Positions 29,009 to 38,175 of a stretch of 64,000 nt of DNA are shown here, piece after piece; within the stretch, counting starts at the first letter, position 1; each line of letters opens with the position of its first letter. The notes under the pieces were generated by a model, which ran no database searches, was not told the origin of the DNA, and worked only from the letters and a program-made list of their open reading frames with translations. Origin of the DNA: an uncultured delta proteobacterium (GTDB lineage: Bacteria; Desulfobacterota; Desulfobacteria; Desulfobacterales; QNYZ01); contig CAWJQU010000004.1 in the NCBI GenBank assembly GCA_963845145.1, positions 32,001 to 96,000 on the forward strand. Reading direction: 5' to 3'. The position numbers and the translations under genes are program-made.

Positions 29009-29170
29009 ATGGGTAAGAAAGAGAAACGGCTGTGTAAATGGGACGGAAAGGCAATCGATAAACATTTCAAGACATTTGCCAAACTGGTAAAAAAGCCCAA
29101 ATACGTATGTAAAAAATGCGGGCGGGTAGCGGGGAAGAAAGTTTTACTACACAATCCCGTAAAGCTTTAA
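29009..29170 (+). CDS. Small basic Cys-containing protein (53 aa), absent from the ORF track
   Basis: MGKKEKRLCKWDGKAIDKHFKTFAKLVKKPKYVCKKCGRVAGKKVLLHNPVKL; GGGGA upstream; fills the ppk2-sixA gap. Confidence 0.7.
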   Translation: MGKKEKRLCKWDGKAIDKHFKTFAKLVKKPKYVCKKCGRVAGKKVLLHNPVKL

Positions 29171-29187
29171 CGATCGTGTCGATCGCC

Positions 29188-29685
29188 ATGAAGACGCTTT
29201 ATCTAGTCCGGCATGCCAAATCTAGCTGGAAAGATCCACAGCTGGATGATTTCGAGCGACCGTTGAATAAACGAGGCCACAAAAACGCCCCGTTTATGGG
29301 GGCAACGCTCAAAAAAAGAGGCGTAATGCCGGACTTTATCATGGCCAGTCCGGCCAACCGGGCGGCAATGACCGCTCGGATTATTGCGGTTCAGATAGAC
29401 TACCCCCTTGAGGAAATTTTCTATGATGAATCCCTGTACGGTATAGGGGCCGGGGACACAATTGATCTAATAAAGGTAATTAATGACGATGTCAGCCGGC
29501 TGATGCTGGTGGGACATAATCCCGGGTTGACAAGCCTGGCCAATATGCTTGGCGATGATCCGGTGAGTAATATTCCTACCTGTGGGGTCTACGCCGTTAA
29601 CCTGGATATTTCTTCTTGGGAGAAGATGAACGACCGGTGTGGAAAAACGAAATTTTTCGAGTATCCGAAAAAATACACTTCATAA
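29188..29685 (+). CDS. sixA: SixA-type histidine phosphatase
   Basis: MKTLYLVRHAKSSW, DFERPLNKRG, SPA.RA..TA, LVGHNPG, PTCG. Confidence 0.85.
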   Translation: MKTLYLVRHAKSSWKDPQLDDFERPLNKRGHKNAPFMGATLKKRGVMPDFIMASPANRAAMTARIIAVQIDYPLEEIFYDESLYGIGAGDTIDLIKVINDDVSRLMLVGHNPGLTSLANMLGDDPVSNIPTCGVYAVNLDISSWEKMNDRCGKTKFFEYPKKYTS

Positions 29686-29802
29686 TCATATCATCATTCT
29701 GGGGTTACCCCTTAAGCGACTTGCTTTATTGTTTAAAAACTGTAACATAGTCCAGTAGTGGTTCAAAACGAAACCGATATGGTTTAAAAAAAGGGGGCCC
29801 TG

Positions 29803-29945
29803 ATGGCGAAAAAAAAGAAAGCCAAAGAAAAGAAGAAAGAGAAGCTAAAGAAGGCAAAGAAAAAGGCGCAGAAGAAACAAAAAAAGTTAAAAAAAAAGCC
29901 AAATTAAAAAAAGATAAGAAAAAGCATAAAAAAGGTAAAAAATAG
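29803..29945 (+). CDS. Lysine-rich mini-protein, apparently frameshifted in an A9 run
   Basis: MAKKKKAKEKKKEKLKKAKKKAQKKQKKLKKKPN* (stop 29907); one extra A at 29889-29897 extends it to ...KKKAKLKKDKKKHKKGKK* (29945); AAGGGGG upstream. Confidence 0.5.
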
Positions 29946-29964
29946 AAGGTGCACAGGGATTTGT

Positions 29965-30001
29965 GGGGCGATCTAACTTTTGCGAAATAAAAGATCGCCC
30001 C
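29965..30001. terminator. Hairpin between convergent genes
   Basis: GGGGCGATCT...AGATCGCCCC. Confidence 0.6.
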
Positions 30002-30041
30002 CCTCTATTTTAGTCTGCGGCTAAGGTTTTCTGAACTTCCA

Positions 30042-30338
30042 TCATGTGTGCACAATCGGCTCAAAGACCTCATAAAAAGTCCTCTCGCCAATAATGGAAT
30101 CGATCTGGCCCTGAATACTCCTCCTTTCTTGACTGCTAAACCATTTCTCCCAGTCCGCGGCTGTTTGCCATTTGCTGACTACCATGTAATCCTCGGGGTG
30201 GTTTATACTCCTTAAGGTTTCACTGGTGAGGTAGCCGGGTTGTTTTTTGGCAATATCACGTAGCTGGGTTAAGAGAGGCATCAATTTTTCCGGGTCATTC
30301 ATTGCGAATTTACGTTTTATGATAACCTGAACCGACAT
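30042..30338 (-). CDS. Antibiotic biosynthesis monooxygenase (ABM)-domain protein
   Basis: QPGYLTSETL, YMVVSKW....DWEKW.SS.ER; AGGAGG SD. Confidence 0.82.
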   Translation of the reverse strand: MSVQVIIKRKFAMNDPEKLMPLLTQLRDIAKKQPGYLTSETLRSINHPEDYMVVSKWQTAADWEKWFSSQERRSIQGQIDSIIGERTFYEVFEPIVHT

Positions 30339-30389
30339 ATGATCCTCCTTTCGAAAAAGTATATGGCGTTACAACAGGGTTTACCCTAC

Positions 30390-31322
30390 TTATCCGGGCA
30401 ATTCGAGAGGGGTTAACAAGCCCTCCTCCATCAACCTGATTTCATCGATTCCCGACACCACAATCTCCGGATCCGTTTTGAGTTTCTTTGCATCTATCTT
30501 ATCTTTGTAGTCTATTTGTGAAAGAATAAACTTGATGCAGTTTAATCGCGCCAGTTTTTTATTATCCGATCGAATAATCGTCCAGGGTGCCAGGGTGCGG
30601 TTGGTTTCGTTAAGCATCTGAAACTTGCGGACCGTGTAATCGTCCCACTTGTCTTGGGCCATTCGGTCCACCGGTGATATTTTATATTGTTTGAGCAGGT
30701 CGGTCTCTCGTGAATCAAACCGTCGGAGTTGTTCATTTTTGGAAACAGAAAAGAAAAATTTGAATAATCGGATGCCATCTTTAACCAGCATCTCTTCAAG
30801 ATAGGGCACATCTTTCAAAAATCGTTTGTTCTGCTCATCGGTACAAAACCCCATCACCGGCTCGACCATGGCGCGGTTGTACCAGCTGCGATCGAAGAGT
30901 ACCATTTCCCCATCTGCCGGTAGGTGTTGCATATAACGTTGGAAGTACCACTGGGTACGTTCGGTATCGCTGGGTGTGAGCAAGGCTACCACTCGGGTGC
31001 CGCGCGGATTGAGGTGCTCGATGATTCGCTTGATGGTTCCCCCTTTTCCTGCGGCATCACGGCCTTCAAATAGGAGGAGCAGGCGGCGGCCCTTTCGTTT
31101 CACATGTTTTTGCATCTTTAATAGCTCGATTTGGAGTCTGCGAAGCTCCTCCTCGTAGGACAATGTAAATTTTTTAACCCATACGGCCTGGCGTTTATTC
31201 GACTTTTTCTTGTCCACGTTCTTAAAGGCCGTGTGTTCGATCAATTTTTTCTTTAGCTTCTTTTTGTTGGCCGAATCATTCGGTTTCTTTGTTTTTGAAA
31301 TTTTATCGCTATGTTTAGGCAT
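30390..31322 (-). CDS. ppk2: Polyphosphate kinase 2 (class I-like)
   Basis: FEGRDAAGKGGTIKR, LNPRG, WYFQRY, FDRSWYNRA.VEPVMGFC; Lys-rich N-terminus. Confidence 0.92.
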   Translation of the reverse strand: MPKHSDKISKTKKPNDSANKKKLKKKLIEHTAFKNVDKKKSNKRQAVWVKKFTLSYEEELRRLQIELLKMQKHVKRKGRRLLLLFEGRDAAGKGGTIKRIIEHLNPRGTRVVALLTPSDTERTQWYFQRYMQHLPADGEMVLFDRSWYNRAMVEPVMGFCTDEQNKRFLKDVPYLEEMLVKDGIRLFKFFFSVSKNEQLRRFDSRETDLLKQYKISPVDRMAQDKWDDYTVRKFQMLNETNRTLAPWTIIRSDNKKLARLNCIKFILSQIDYKDKIDAKKLKTDPEIVVSGIDEIRLMEEGLLTPLELPG

Positions 31323-31390
31323 TGGCACCTCCCATGAAAAAAGAATCTAAAGCAAATGAATTGTTATCCTAAATTGTCTGAAATAAACGG

Positions 31391-32365
31391 TTACATCAGG
31401 ATTTTTCCATGTTTCTTTTTCTGCGCTTTCATTGTTTGCAATTCACGATCGCCGGGGATAACGATGCTCCGGTCCGGTGTAAAATCGAGTTTACGGCTTC
31501 GGCCATGGTAGCGCACTGAATCGAGTATCAACTTCATGGTCGATAACCGGGCCAAATGTTTGTCGTCGGAGCGAACAATATACCATGGAGATTGTTTGGT
31601 ATGGGTTTTCTTTAAGAGCATAAATTTCTTCTCGGTGAACTCGTCCCATAGATCCTGGGCTTGAAGGTCGACTTCGGAAAGCTTCCATTGTCTTAAGGGG
31701 TCGTTTTTGCGTCGTTCGAAGCGTCGCTCCTGTTCTTTTTTGGTGACCGAGAAATAGAGTTTGAGTAAAATCGTTCGGCCTGCGTCTTCCAGAAAATTAT
31801 TTTCATAGACCACCACTTTTTTCATAAAGCGTTTGTATTGCGCCTGGGTGCAGAAGCCCATCACCGGCTCCACCATCGCCCGGTTGTACCAGCTGCGGTC
31901 GAACAAGACGATTTCGCCGGCATGGGGAAAGTGCTCGACATATCGTTTGATATGAAGCTCGGTCCGTTGCCGCTCACTCGGTTTTCCCAAGGCCACAACG
32001 CGGTAACGTTTTTCATTCATATACCGGGTAATGCGGCGTATGGTGCCTCCTTTGCCAGAGGCGTCCCGACCGTCGAAGAGAATGATCATTTTTTTTCCGG
32101 TTTTTTCAAGGTGCCGCTGCATTTTGATCAGTTCCGCCTGGAAAGGGGCCAGCTCTTCTTTGTTATAGTGCTTTTCAAGCGCCGCCTTGAATATTTCATC
32201 TCGATCTTTCTTCTTTAGGACCTTGCGTACTTTTTTGATCTGTTGATTGTAGTCCCCGGCGGTTTTAATTTTGGTATCGACCTTATCCACGACCTCTTTT
32301 ATTTGGGTCATGGCGCTGCCGACTTGCGCTGTAGGAGGACTATCTTTACTCTCTTTTTTTTTCAT
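31391..32365 (-). CDS. ppk2: Polyphosphate kinase 2 (class I-like), tandem paralog
   Basis: FDGRDASGKGGTIRR, FDRSWYNRAMVEPVMGFC, QWKLSEVD, SPWYIVRSDDK. Confidence 0.92.
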   Translation of the reverse strand: MKKKESKDSPPTAQVGSAMTQIKEVVDKVDTKIKTAGDYNQQIKKVRKVLKKKDRDEIFKAALEKHYNKEELAPFQAELIKMQRHLEKTGKKMIILFDGRDASGKGGTIRRITRYMNEKRYRVVALGKPSERQRTELHIKRYVEHFPHAGEIVLFDRSWYNRAMVEPVMGFCTQAQYKRFMKKVVVYENNFLEDAGRTILLKLYFSVTKKEQERRFERRKNDPLRQWKLSEVDLQAQDLWDEFTEKKFMLLKKTHTKQSPWYIVRSDDKHLARLSTMKLILDSVRYHGRSRKLDFTPDRSIVIPGDRELQTMKAQKKKHGKILM

Positions 32366-32458
32366 ATGTCCCTCTTTAGACTTACAATGGCCAGTTTTAT
32401 AGGGATAAGTGCCCGGCGGTCCAGTTGGTATGGATATCGCCTAAAACAAGAAGATTCT

Positions 32459-33034
32459 TCACAATTTGTACGCTTTTAGTGTTTTGGAGAGTGTTTTTAT
32501 TTTTGCCGTGATTTTTTTAAAGCCCTTTTTTTTTGGTTTTTTGGCGTCTTTAATTAAAATCCGACTCAGCGCATTCGCTTTTTGAATGATGACATCTGTT
32601 TCTTCGGAGGAAAAGGAGCCGATCTGTTTGGCAATGGTTTTAATACGTCGCGTCAGTTTTCGGGTACTTTTTTTAAAATCGATATACGGCGCCAAATATT
32701 TTTTTTTCCATAGGGGTTTCAGGCTCTCATCGGCGCGAATCAATTGCTTTGTCAGCTTTTTCAGGGTTTTTCGTAATTTTTCATCGTCTGACCGTGTATC
32801 CGGTTTTATCGATTTATTCGTTTTGGGTGAGGGCTGTGGGTTGGTAGCATGACTGGCCACTTCTTTTTTTATGCGGGCGGCGTTGTGTTTACCGAAGGTT
32901 TTGATGCCGGCTAACTTTTCAACCGGGATTTGATGAAGCTGTGAAAAGGTGGCGATGCCGTGATTTTTTAACTGCCTCAGCCTCGCCGGGCCAATACCCT
33001 TAACTCGAACAAGATTATTCTTCTTCATTTTCAT
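32459..33034 (-). CDS. Helix-hairpin-helix domain, very Lys-rich protein
   Basis: LVRVKGIGPA and LAGIKTFG HhH motifs followed by a basic helical region; start uncertain. Confidence 0.65.
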   Translation of the reverse strand: MKMKKNNLVRVKGIGPARLRQLKNHGIATFSQLHQIPVEKLAGIKTFGKHNAARIKKEVASHATNPQPSPKTNKSIKPDTRSDDEKLRKTLKKLTKQLIRADESLKPLWKKKYLAPYIDFKKSTRKLTRRIKTIAKQIGSFSSEETDVIIQKANALSRILIKDAKKPKKKGFKKITAKIKTLSKTLKAYKL

Positions 33035-33521
33035 GGGTAAATATTCCGGTGGCCTGATCGATGTCTTCGGGGCAGAAAACAAAAAGGCATTTGGCTTCCG
33101 GAGATGAAACCACAGAGCCATATACATAATTGATATTTATCCCGGCCTCACCGAATTTTTGGGCCAGCCTGGATAGCTCGCCGGGCTTGTTTTTGAGCTC
33201 GACGGCGATCACCGGCAGTATGTCGAAAACGTAGCCGTTTTTGGATAACAGGTCAATGGCCTTGTTGGTCATTCCGTCGGCGGGCAAGAGACGGATCAAG
33301 GCGAATTCAGCCGAGTCCTTGCGCATGGAATTGTAGCTGGCCGCCGAGGCGATCCGTTTTAGTGATTTTCCCCGGCCTTTGAAAAGTTCCTTTACATAAC
33401 TGGAAGCGTCCTGAATCGTAATGGCATCAATGTTTATGCCCGCCGTCCCAAACATTTCCGTCATGTTGCCCAGTTCGCCGGGTTGATTTTTTAGAAAGAG
33501 GGATATTTCGGTTCTGACCAT
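33015..33521 (-). CDS. Tandem ACT-domain protein
   Basis: LFLKNQPGEL...GINI and VELKNKPGELS...GININYVY; AAGGAG SD. Confidence 0.88.
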   Translation of the reverse strand: MVRTEISLFLKNQPGELGNMTEMFGTAGINIDAITIQDASSYVKELFKGRGKSLKRIASAASYNSMRKDSAEFALIRLLPADGMTNKAIDLLSKNGYVFDILPVIAVELKNKPGELSRLAQKFGEAGININYVYGSVVSSPEAKCLFVFCPEDIDQATGIFTHENEEE

Positions 33522-33964
33522 GGTTGGCTCCTTAAATTTCGACAACAGCTTGATAATAATAGTCAAAAAAAGCCAATAAAGTCAAATGTTGATTATCTAA
33601 GAAAGTGCTATCGGATTGGATGGAAAAAAATTATCGCACCAAATATTCAACTGAAGGTTCCATTTGGCATTTTTTTATATTACCTGATACTTAAATTCAA
33701 GGTAAGGTATCGTCTGGGCCCGCTATGTTTGGTGAGTGCCCATAGACGCTGCTGGAGGAGACGGTCTTGAACACTACCCAACACCGCCGTTTTCAAAAAA
33801 GCCCCCGGTCAAATAAAAATATTCGGCGAGTTATTATTAGATGTTACACGTATCGCTTGATCTACCTTAAATTTTGCGATATCAGTTTAGTTAGAATGCG
33901 ATTCTGGGTAAAAATACACGCCTGATTTTGAGCTTTGCTATTAAAAAAAGATGGACACCAGCAG

Positions 33965-34741
33965 ATGAAAATCGCCTTAACCCACGAAGTATCGGAACGA
34001 ATTACGGAGTGCGAAGTCAATTTTCGGGAGCGTGAACCCATTGACGTGCCCTTGGCCCGCCGGCAACACGGTGAGTATTGCCGGTGGCTCGACCAGGCCG
34101 GATGTGAAGTGATTAAGCTGGATATCAACGCCGATTTTCCGGACGCAGTATTTGTGGAAGATAATGCGGTAGTGGTGGACGAGGTGGCCGTCATCACCCC
34201 CATGGGAGTAGCTTCCCGGCGGGGGGAGGTGGTGCGGATGGCACCCGTATTGGCCCAATATCGACCGGTGACCCGGCTGGTAGATGTGGGTGGCCCCGCG
34301 GCGACCCTCGAAGGGGGCGATGTGCTGCAAGTGGGCCGAAAGCTTTGGGTGGGACTCTCCTCCCGAACCAACAAAGCCGGCGCCCTCGCCCTGCACCAAA
34401 TTCTAAGCGCTCATGGTTATGAGGTTATCGCCGTCCCCTTAAAAGGCACCCTCCACCTCAAGTCGGCGTTGGGCTCATTGGACCCGGAAACCCTTATTAT
34501 CAATCGAGAATCTATTTCCACAGAGTTTTTTGACGGATTCCGCTTTATCGATGTGGCACCCGAAGAACCACGGGCGGCCAATGTGTTGCGCATTGGTGGC
34601 CATATAGCTATGTATGCTGGTTACCCTCGCACCTTGGAAATATTACGACAAACTGGTTTTGGGCCCACGCCCATTGACGTCTCCGAGTTGATTAAAGCAG
34701 ACTCGGGGATGACCTGCTCGTCCATTGTGTTCAATAAATAA
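33965..34741 (+). CDS. Dimethylarginine dimethylaminohydrolase-like (amidinotransferase superfamily)
   Basis: FPDAVFVED, SRRGE, LEGGDV, GLSSRTN, LHLKS, C-terminal catalytic Cys in GMTCSS. Confidence 0.88.
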   Translation: MKIALTHEVSERITECEVNFREREPIDVPLARRQHGEYCRWLDQAGCEVIKLDINADFPDAVFVEDNAVVVDEVAVITPMGVASRRGEVVRMAPVLAQYRPVTRLVDVGGPAATLEGGDVLQVGRKLWVGLSSRTNKAGALALHQILSAHGYEVIAVPLKGTLHLKSALGSLDPETLIINRESISTEFFDGFRFIDVAPEEPRAANVLRIGGHIAMYAGYPRTLEILRQTGFGPTPIDVSELIKADSGMTCSSIVFNK

Positions 34742-34899
34742 ATTTAAGACCCGACCCCATCCCAAAGGATCCCGCTGGGTCGGTTTTATTTGCAGCCGCC
34801 CGCACCATTGGAATACCAATGCAGTTGTCGGTTACGGCATAATTTAATCTCGAAGCCGGGACCCGAATTCGGACATCGGCTTCCCACAAAGGAGGAATC

Positions 34900-35718
34900 A
34901 TGAAGAAGTTTATTGGTTTGGTGACATTAATACTGATAGCCTTATCTTTTACGTTACCGGCATTGGCACAGGACGCGGATATGGCTGAGAAGTCTACCCT
35001 GAACGCCATTCTCGCCGCCAAAAAGTTGCGTGTCGGCTTGGAAGCTGGCTACATGCCTTTTGAGATGCGTAATAAAAAAGGTGACATCATCGGGTTCGAC
35101 GTCGATCTGGCTACCGAAATGGCCAAAGCCATGGGCGTGGAGCTGGAGCTGATCAATACGGCCTGGGACGGTATCATCCCGGCACTCTTGACCAAAAAGT
35201 TTGATATTCTCATGTCGGGGATGACCATCAAGGCCGAGCGTAATCTGCGGGTCAATTTCGCCGATCCTTACATTGTCGTCGGTCAAACCGCCCTGGTGCA
35301 TATCAAACATGAAGGCAAGATCAAATCCTATGAGGACCTCAACGACCCGAAATATACTATCTCCGTCAAACTGGGAACCACCGGTGACTTTGCCGTTCAG
35401 AAGTTCATGCCCAAAGCCAAACGGGTCGCTTTTGAAGATGAACAGGTGTGTATCCAGGAGGTCATCCAGGGCAAAGCCGATGCCCATGTCTATGACATGC
35501 CCCAGTGCGCCACCTATTTCGCCAAGTTTCCGGGAAAATTTGTCTTCTTAGATGAACCCTTCACCTTTGAACCCCTGGGATGGGCCATCCGCAAGGGAGA
35601 TCCGGACTTTATGAACTGGTTGAATAATTTCTTGCGCCAGGTCAAGGGGGACGGGACCTACGATGCCCTCTACGACAAATGGTTTAAATCCAAGGCTTGG
35701 CTGGACGCGTTGCAGTAA
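34900..35718 (+). CDS. Polar amino acid ABC transporter substrate-binding protein
   Basis: Signal peptide; YMPFE, GFDVDL, WDGIIPAL, SGMTIKAER. Confidence 0.92.
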   Translation: MKKFIGLVTLILIALSFTLPALAQDADMAEKSTLNAILAAKKLRVGLEAGYMPFEMRNKKGDIIGFDVDLATEMAKAMGVELELINTAWDGIIPALLTKKFDILMSGMTIKAERNLRVNFADPYIVVGQTALVHIKHEGKIKSYEDLNDPKYTISVKLGTTGDFAVQKFMPKAKRVAFEDEQVCIQEVIQGKADAHVYDMPQCATYFAKFPGKFVFLDEPFTFEPLGWAIRKGDPDFMNWLNNFLRQVKGDGTYDALYDKWFKSKAWLDALQ

Positions 35719-35729
35719 ACCCCTAAGAA

Positions 35730-35757
35730 ACACCTGGCGCTGCAACGCGCCAGGTGT
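35730..35757. terminator. Hairpin after the SBP gene
   Basis: ACACCTGGCGC-TGCAAC-GCGCCAGGTGT. Confidence 0.6.
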
Positions 35758-35771
35758 CCCAATGGTGCCCA

Positions 35772-36584
35772 GTGAAAGCTATACTGAACGAAGCAATTCG
35801 ACGTAAGGATGTGAATATCCTCTTGCTGTTTATCTGCGGGGGGGCATTGGTCTGGGGCATGTACTACTCCATGGCCCAAATAGATTATATTTGGCGATGG
35901 AACATAATCCCTGAGTATTTGGCCTACCGTGAGGCTGAGGGCGGTTTTTTTGGTTGGGCTGCCGGTCCCTTGACCCAGGGCCTCTGGGTGACCCTCCAAA
36001 CCTCGTTTTATGCCACCATCTTCGCCGTCTTTATCGGGCTGGTCACCGGAATTTGCCGGATCTCAGCGATTCCGGTACTGCGTTGGCTGTCCACCGGGTA
36101 TGTGGAGCTGATCCGCGGCACGCCACTTTTGGTACAAATCCTGATTTTCTATTTCTGCATCGGGACAGCCCTCAATCTCTCCCGCATGGCCGCCGGGGTA
36201 GCGGCATTGGCTTTTTTTTCCGGTGCCTACGTGGGCGAGATTGTCCGGGCCGGGATCCAGTCCATCACCCGGGGGCAAATGGAGGCGGCCCGTTCCCTGG
36301 GTATGGGCTATTTTGCCGCCATGCGCTACGTGATTCTGCCCCAGGCCCTGCGGCGGATATTACCCCCCCTGGCCGGCCAATTTATCAATCTGATCAAGGA
36401 CTCCTCCCTGTTGTCCGCCATTGCTCTGACCGAATTGACCAAGGCAGGTCGGGAAGTTTCCACGGTGAGCTTCGCCAATTTCGAAATCTATTTTACCGTG
36501 GCCTTTATGTATCTGGTCCTAACGTTTACGCTCTCCATGCTGATCCAGAGGATGGAGTACAAGATGGGTGTGGGGGAACGGTAA
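35772..36584 (+). CDS. Polar amino acid ABC transporter permease
   Basis: [38 protein letters not shown]; start uncertain. Confidence 0.92.
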   Translation: MKAILNEAIRRKDVNILLLFICGGALVWGMYYSMAQIDYIWRWNIIPEYLAYREAEGGFFGWAAGPLTQGLWVTLQTSFYATIFAVFIGLVTGICRISAIPVLRWLSTGYVELIRGTPLLVQILIFYFCIGTALNLSRMAAGVAALAFFSGAYVGEIVRAGIQSITRGQMEAARSLGMGYFAAMRYVILPQALRRILPPLAGQFINLIKDSSLLSAIALTELTKAGREVSTVSFANFEIYFTVAFMYLVLTFTLSMLIQRMEYKMGVGER

Positions 36585-36585
36585 G

Positions 36586-37341
36586 GTGAATCAGTCAACG
36601 GAACAGCCGATTATTCAGATCAAGAACGTATCCAAAACCTTCCGCACAACCATTGTGGTGCATGCCCTGGTGGACGTTTCCCACGAAGTCCGCAAAGGCG
36701 AAGTGGTGGTGGTCTGCGGACCCTCGGGTTCAGGCAAATCCACCCTGTTGCGCAGCATCAACCACCTGGAGACCATCAATAGCGGTGAAATCATCATCGA
36801 TGGTGTCAGCCTTCAGGATCGCAATACTAACATCAACGAGATTCGTGCCGAAGTGGGGATGGTCTTTCAATCCTTCAATCTCTTTCCCCATCTTACCGTG
36901 GCCGAGAACGTCTGCCTGGCCCAGCGGGTGGTGCGCAAAAAAACCCAGGCCGAATGCGAAATAAAAGCCGATGCGCTTTTGACCAAAGTCGGCATTCAGG
37001 ATAAATCCAACTCCTATCCCACCCAACTCTCCGGCGGGCAGCAGCAGCGGGTGGCCATTGCCCGGGCCCTGGCCATGGAACCCAAAATCATGCTCTTTGA
37101 CGAACCTACCTCGGCCCTGGATCCGGAAATGATCGGTGAGGTTTTGGACGTGATGAAAACCTTGGCTCGGGAAGGCATGACCATGGTTTGCGTGACTCAT
37201 GAGATGGGTTTTGCCCGGGAGGTGGCCGATCGGGTGATTTTCATGGATGAGGGAAGTGTGGTTGAAATAGGTACCCCCGAACACTTCTTCACCAATCCGA
37301 CCCACGATCGCACCAAGCTTTTTTTAAGCCAGATTTTGTAG
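36586..37341 (+). CDS. Polar amino acid ABC transporter ATP-binding protein (GlnQ-like)
   Basis: [47 protein letters not shown]. Confidence 0.94.
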   Translation: MNQSTEQPIIQIKNVSKTFRTTIVVHALVDVSHEVRKGEVVVVCGPSGSGKSTLLRSINHLETINSGEIIIDGVSLQDRNTNINEIRAEVGMVFQSFNLFPHLTVAENVCLAQRVVRKKTQAECEIKADALLTKVGIQDKSNSYPTQLSGGQQQRVAIARALAMEPKIMLFDEPTSALDPEMIGEVLDVMKTLAREGMTMVCVTHEMGFAREVADRVIFMDEGSVVEIGTPEHFFTNPTHDRTKLFLSQIL

Positions 37342-37395
37342 CAAATTGCATGTCACTATAAGTTTATATCGTTTGATATGGGAGGAGGAGATCCA

Positions 37396-38175
37396 TTGGG
37401 AAGTGAATCCCGACTGCAGAATTTAACCTGGGAAGAAGTTAAGCGCAGGATCGATTCGGGAAAACGAACCATCATTCTACCCGTGGGGAGCACGGAACAG
37501 CACGGCCCCCATTTACCACTGGGGACTGATACCATGGTGGCGATAGCCCTGGCGGAAGCTGCTGCCGAGAAAAACGATGTTTTGGTGGCACCACCGTTTT
37601 GGTTTGGCTGGAGTCCACATCACATGGTTCTGCCGGGCACCATTACCATCCGACCTGAAATTCTGGTTGAGGTCGCCTACGATATGGTGGCATCGCTTTG
37701 CGAACATGGGTTTAACAAGTTTATTTTCGTCAATGGCCATCGCATCGTCAATATTTCCTGGCTGCAGATAGTGGGCGAACGGATCAAGCGGGAATTGGCT
37801 GTCAAGGTGGTCATTTTCGATCCGGCCTATATGTCCAAGGATTTTGATAGTGGTTTAGATTGGGGGCCGGTGGGCCATGCCGAGGAGATTGAAGGGTCAC
37901 ATATGTGGCATTGCTACCCGGATCTGGTTAAAATGGATCGTGCCAAAGACAACCCCCATTCACCGCACGCCCTTTACCATATTGACCCGCGCCATTCGGG
38001 CGACACCCTTTCCTATGTCCCCAGCAGCCGGGTGGAAATGGAGAAGATTGCCAAAGAATCGGGCGGTACGGTGGGTAGCCCATCCAAGGCCTCTCGCGAA
38101 GGTGGCAGGCGGTATCATGAACACCTCGTAGGGCGCCTGGGGGAAGTGATTACGATGCTTGAGGCACCTGATTAA
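37396..38175 (+). CDS. Creatininase/mycofactocin peptidase family amidohydrolase
   Basis: LPVGSTEQHGPHLPLGTD, G.SPHHM..PGT, NGH, GHAEEIE; TTG start after GGAGGAG (alternative ATG 37378). Confidence 0.88.
   Translation: MGSESRLQNLTWEEVKRRIDSGKRTIILPVGSTEQHGPHLPLGTDTMVAIALAEAAAEKNDVLVAPPFWFGWSPHHMVLPGTITIRPEILVEVAYDMVASLCEHGFNKFIFVNGHRIVNISWLQIVGERIKRELAVKVVIFDPAYMSKDFDSGLDWGPVGHAEEIEGSHMWHCYPDLVKMDRAKDNPHSPHALYHIDPRHSGDTLSYVPSSRVEMEKIAKESGGTVGSPSKASREGGRRYHEHLVGRLGEVITMLEAPD

Noticed and set aside
29116..29187. N-terminal extension of sixA in the ORF track
   Set aside because: It overlaps the 53-aa ORF; the SixA motif begins at MKTLYLVRH (29188).
33567..33964. Possible riboswitch (e.g. guanidine) upstream of the DDAH operon
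   Set aside because: A weak stem exists near 33711-33750, but I could not match any riboswitch consensus; an Rfam scan is needed.
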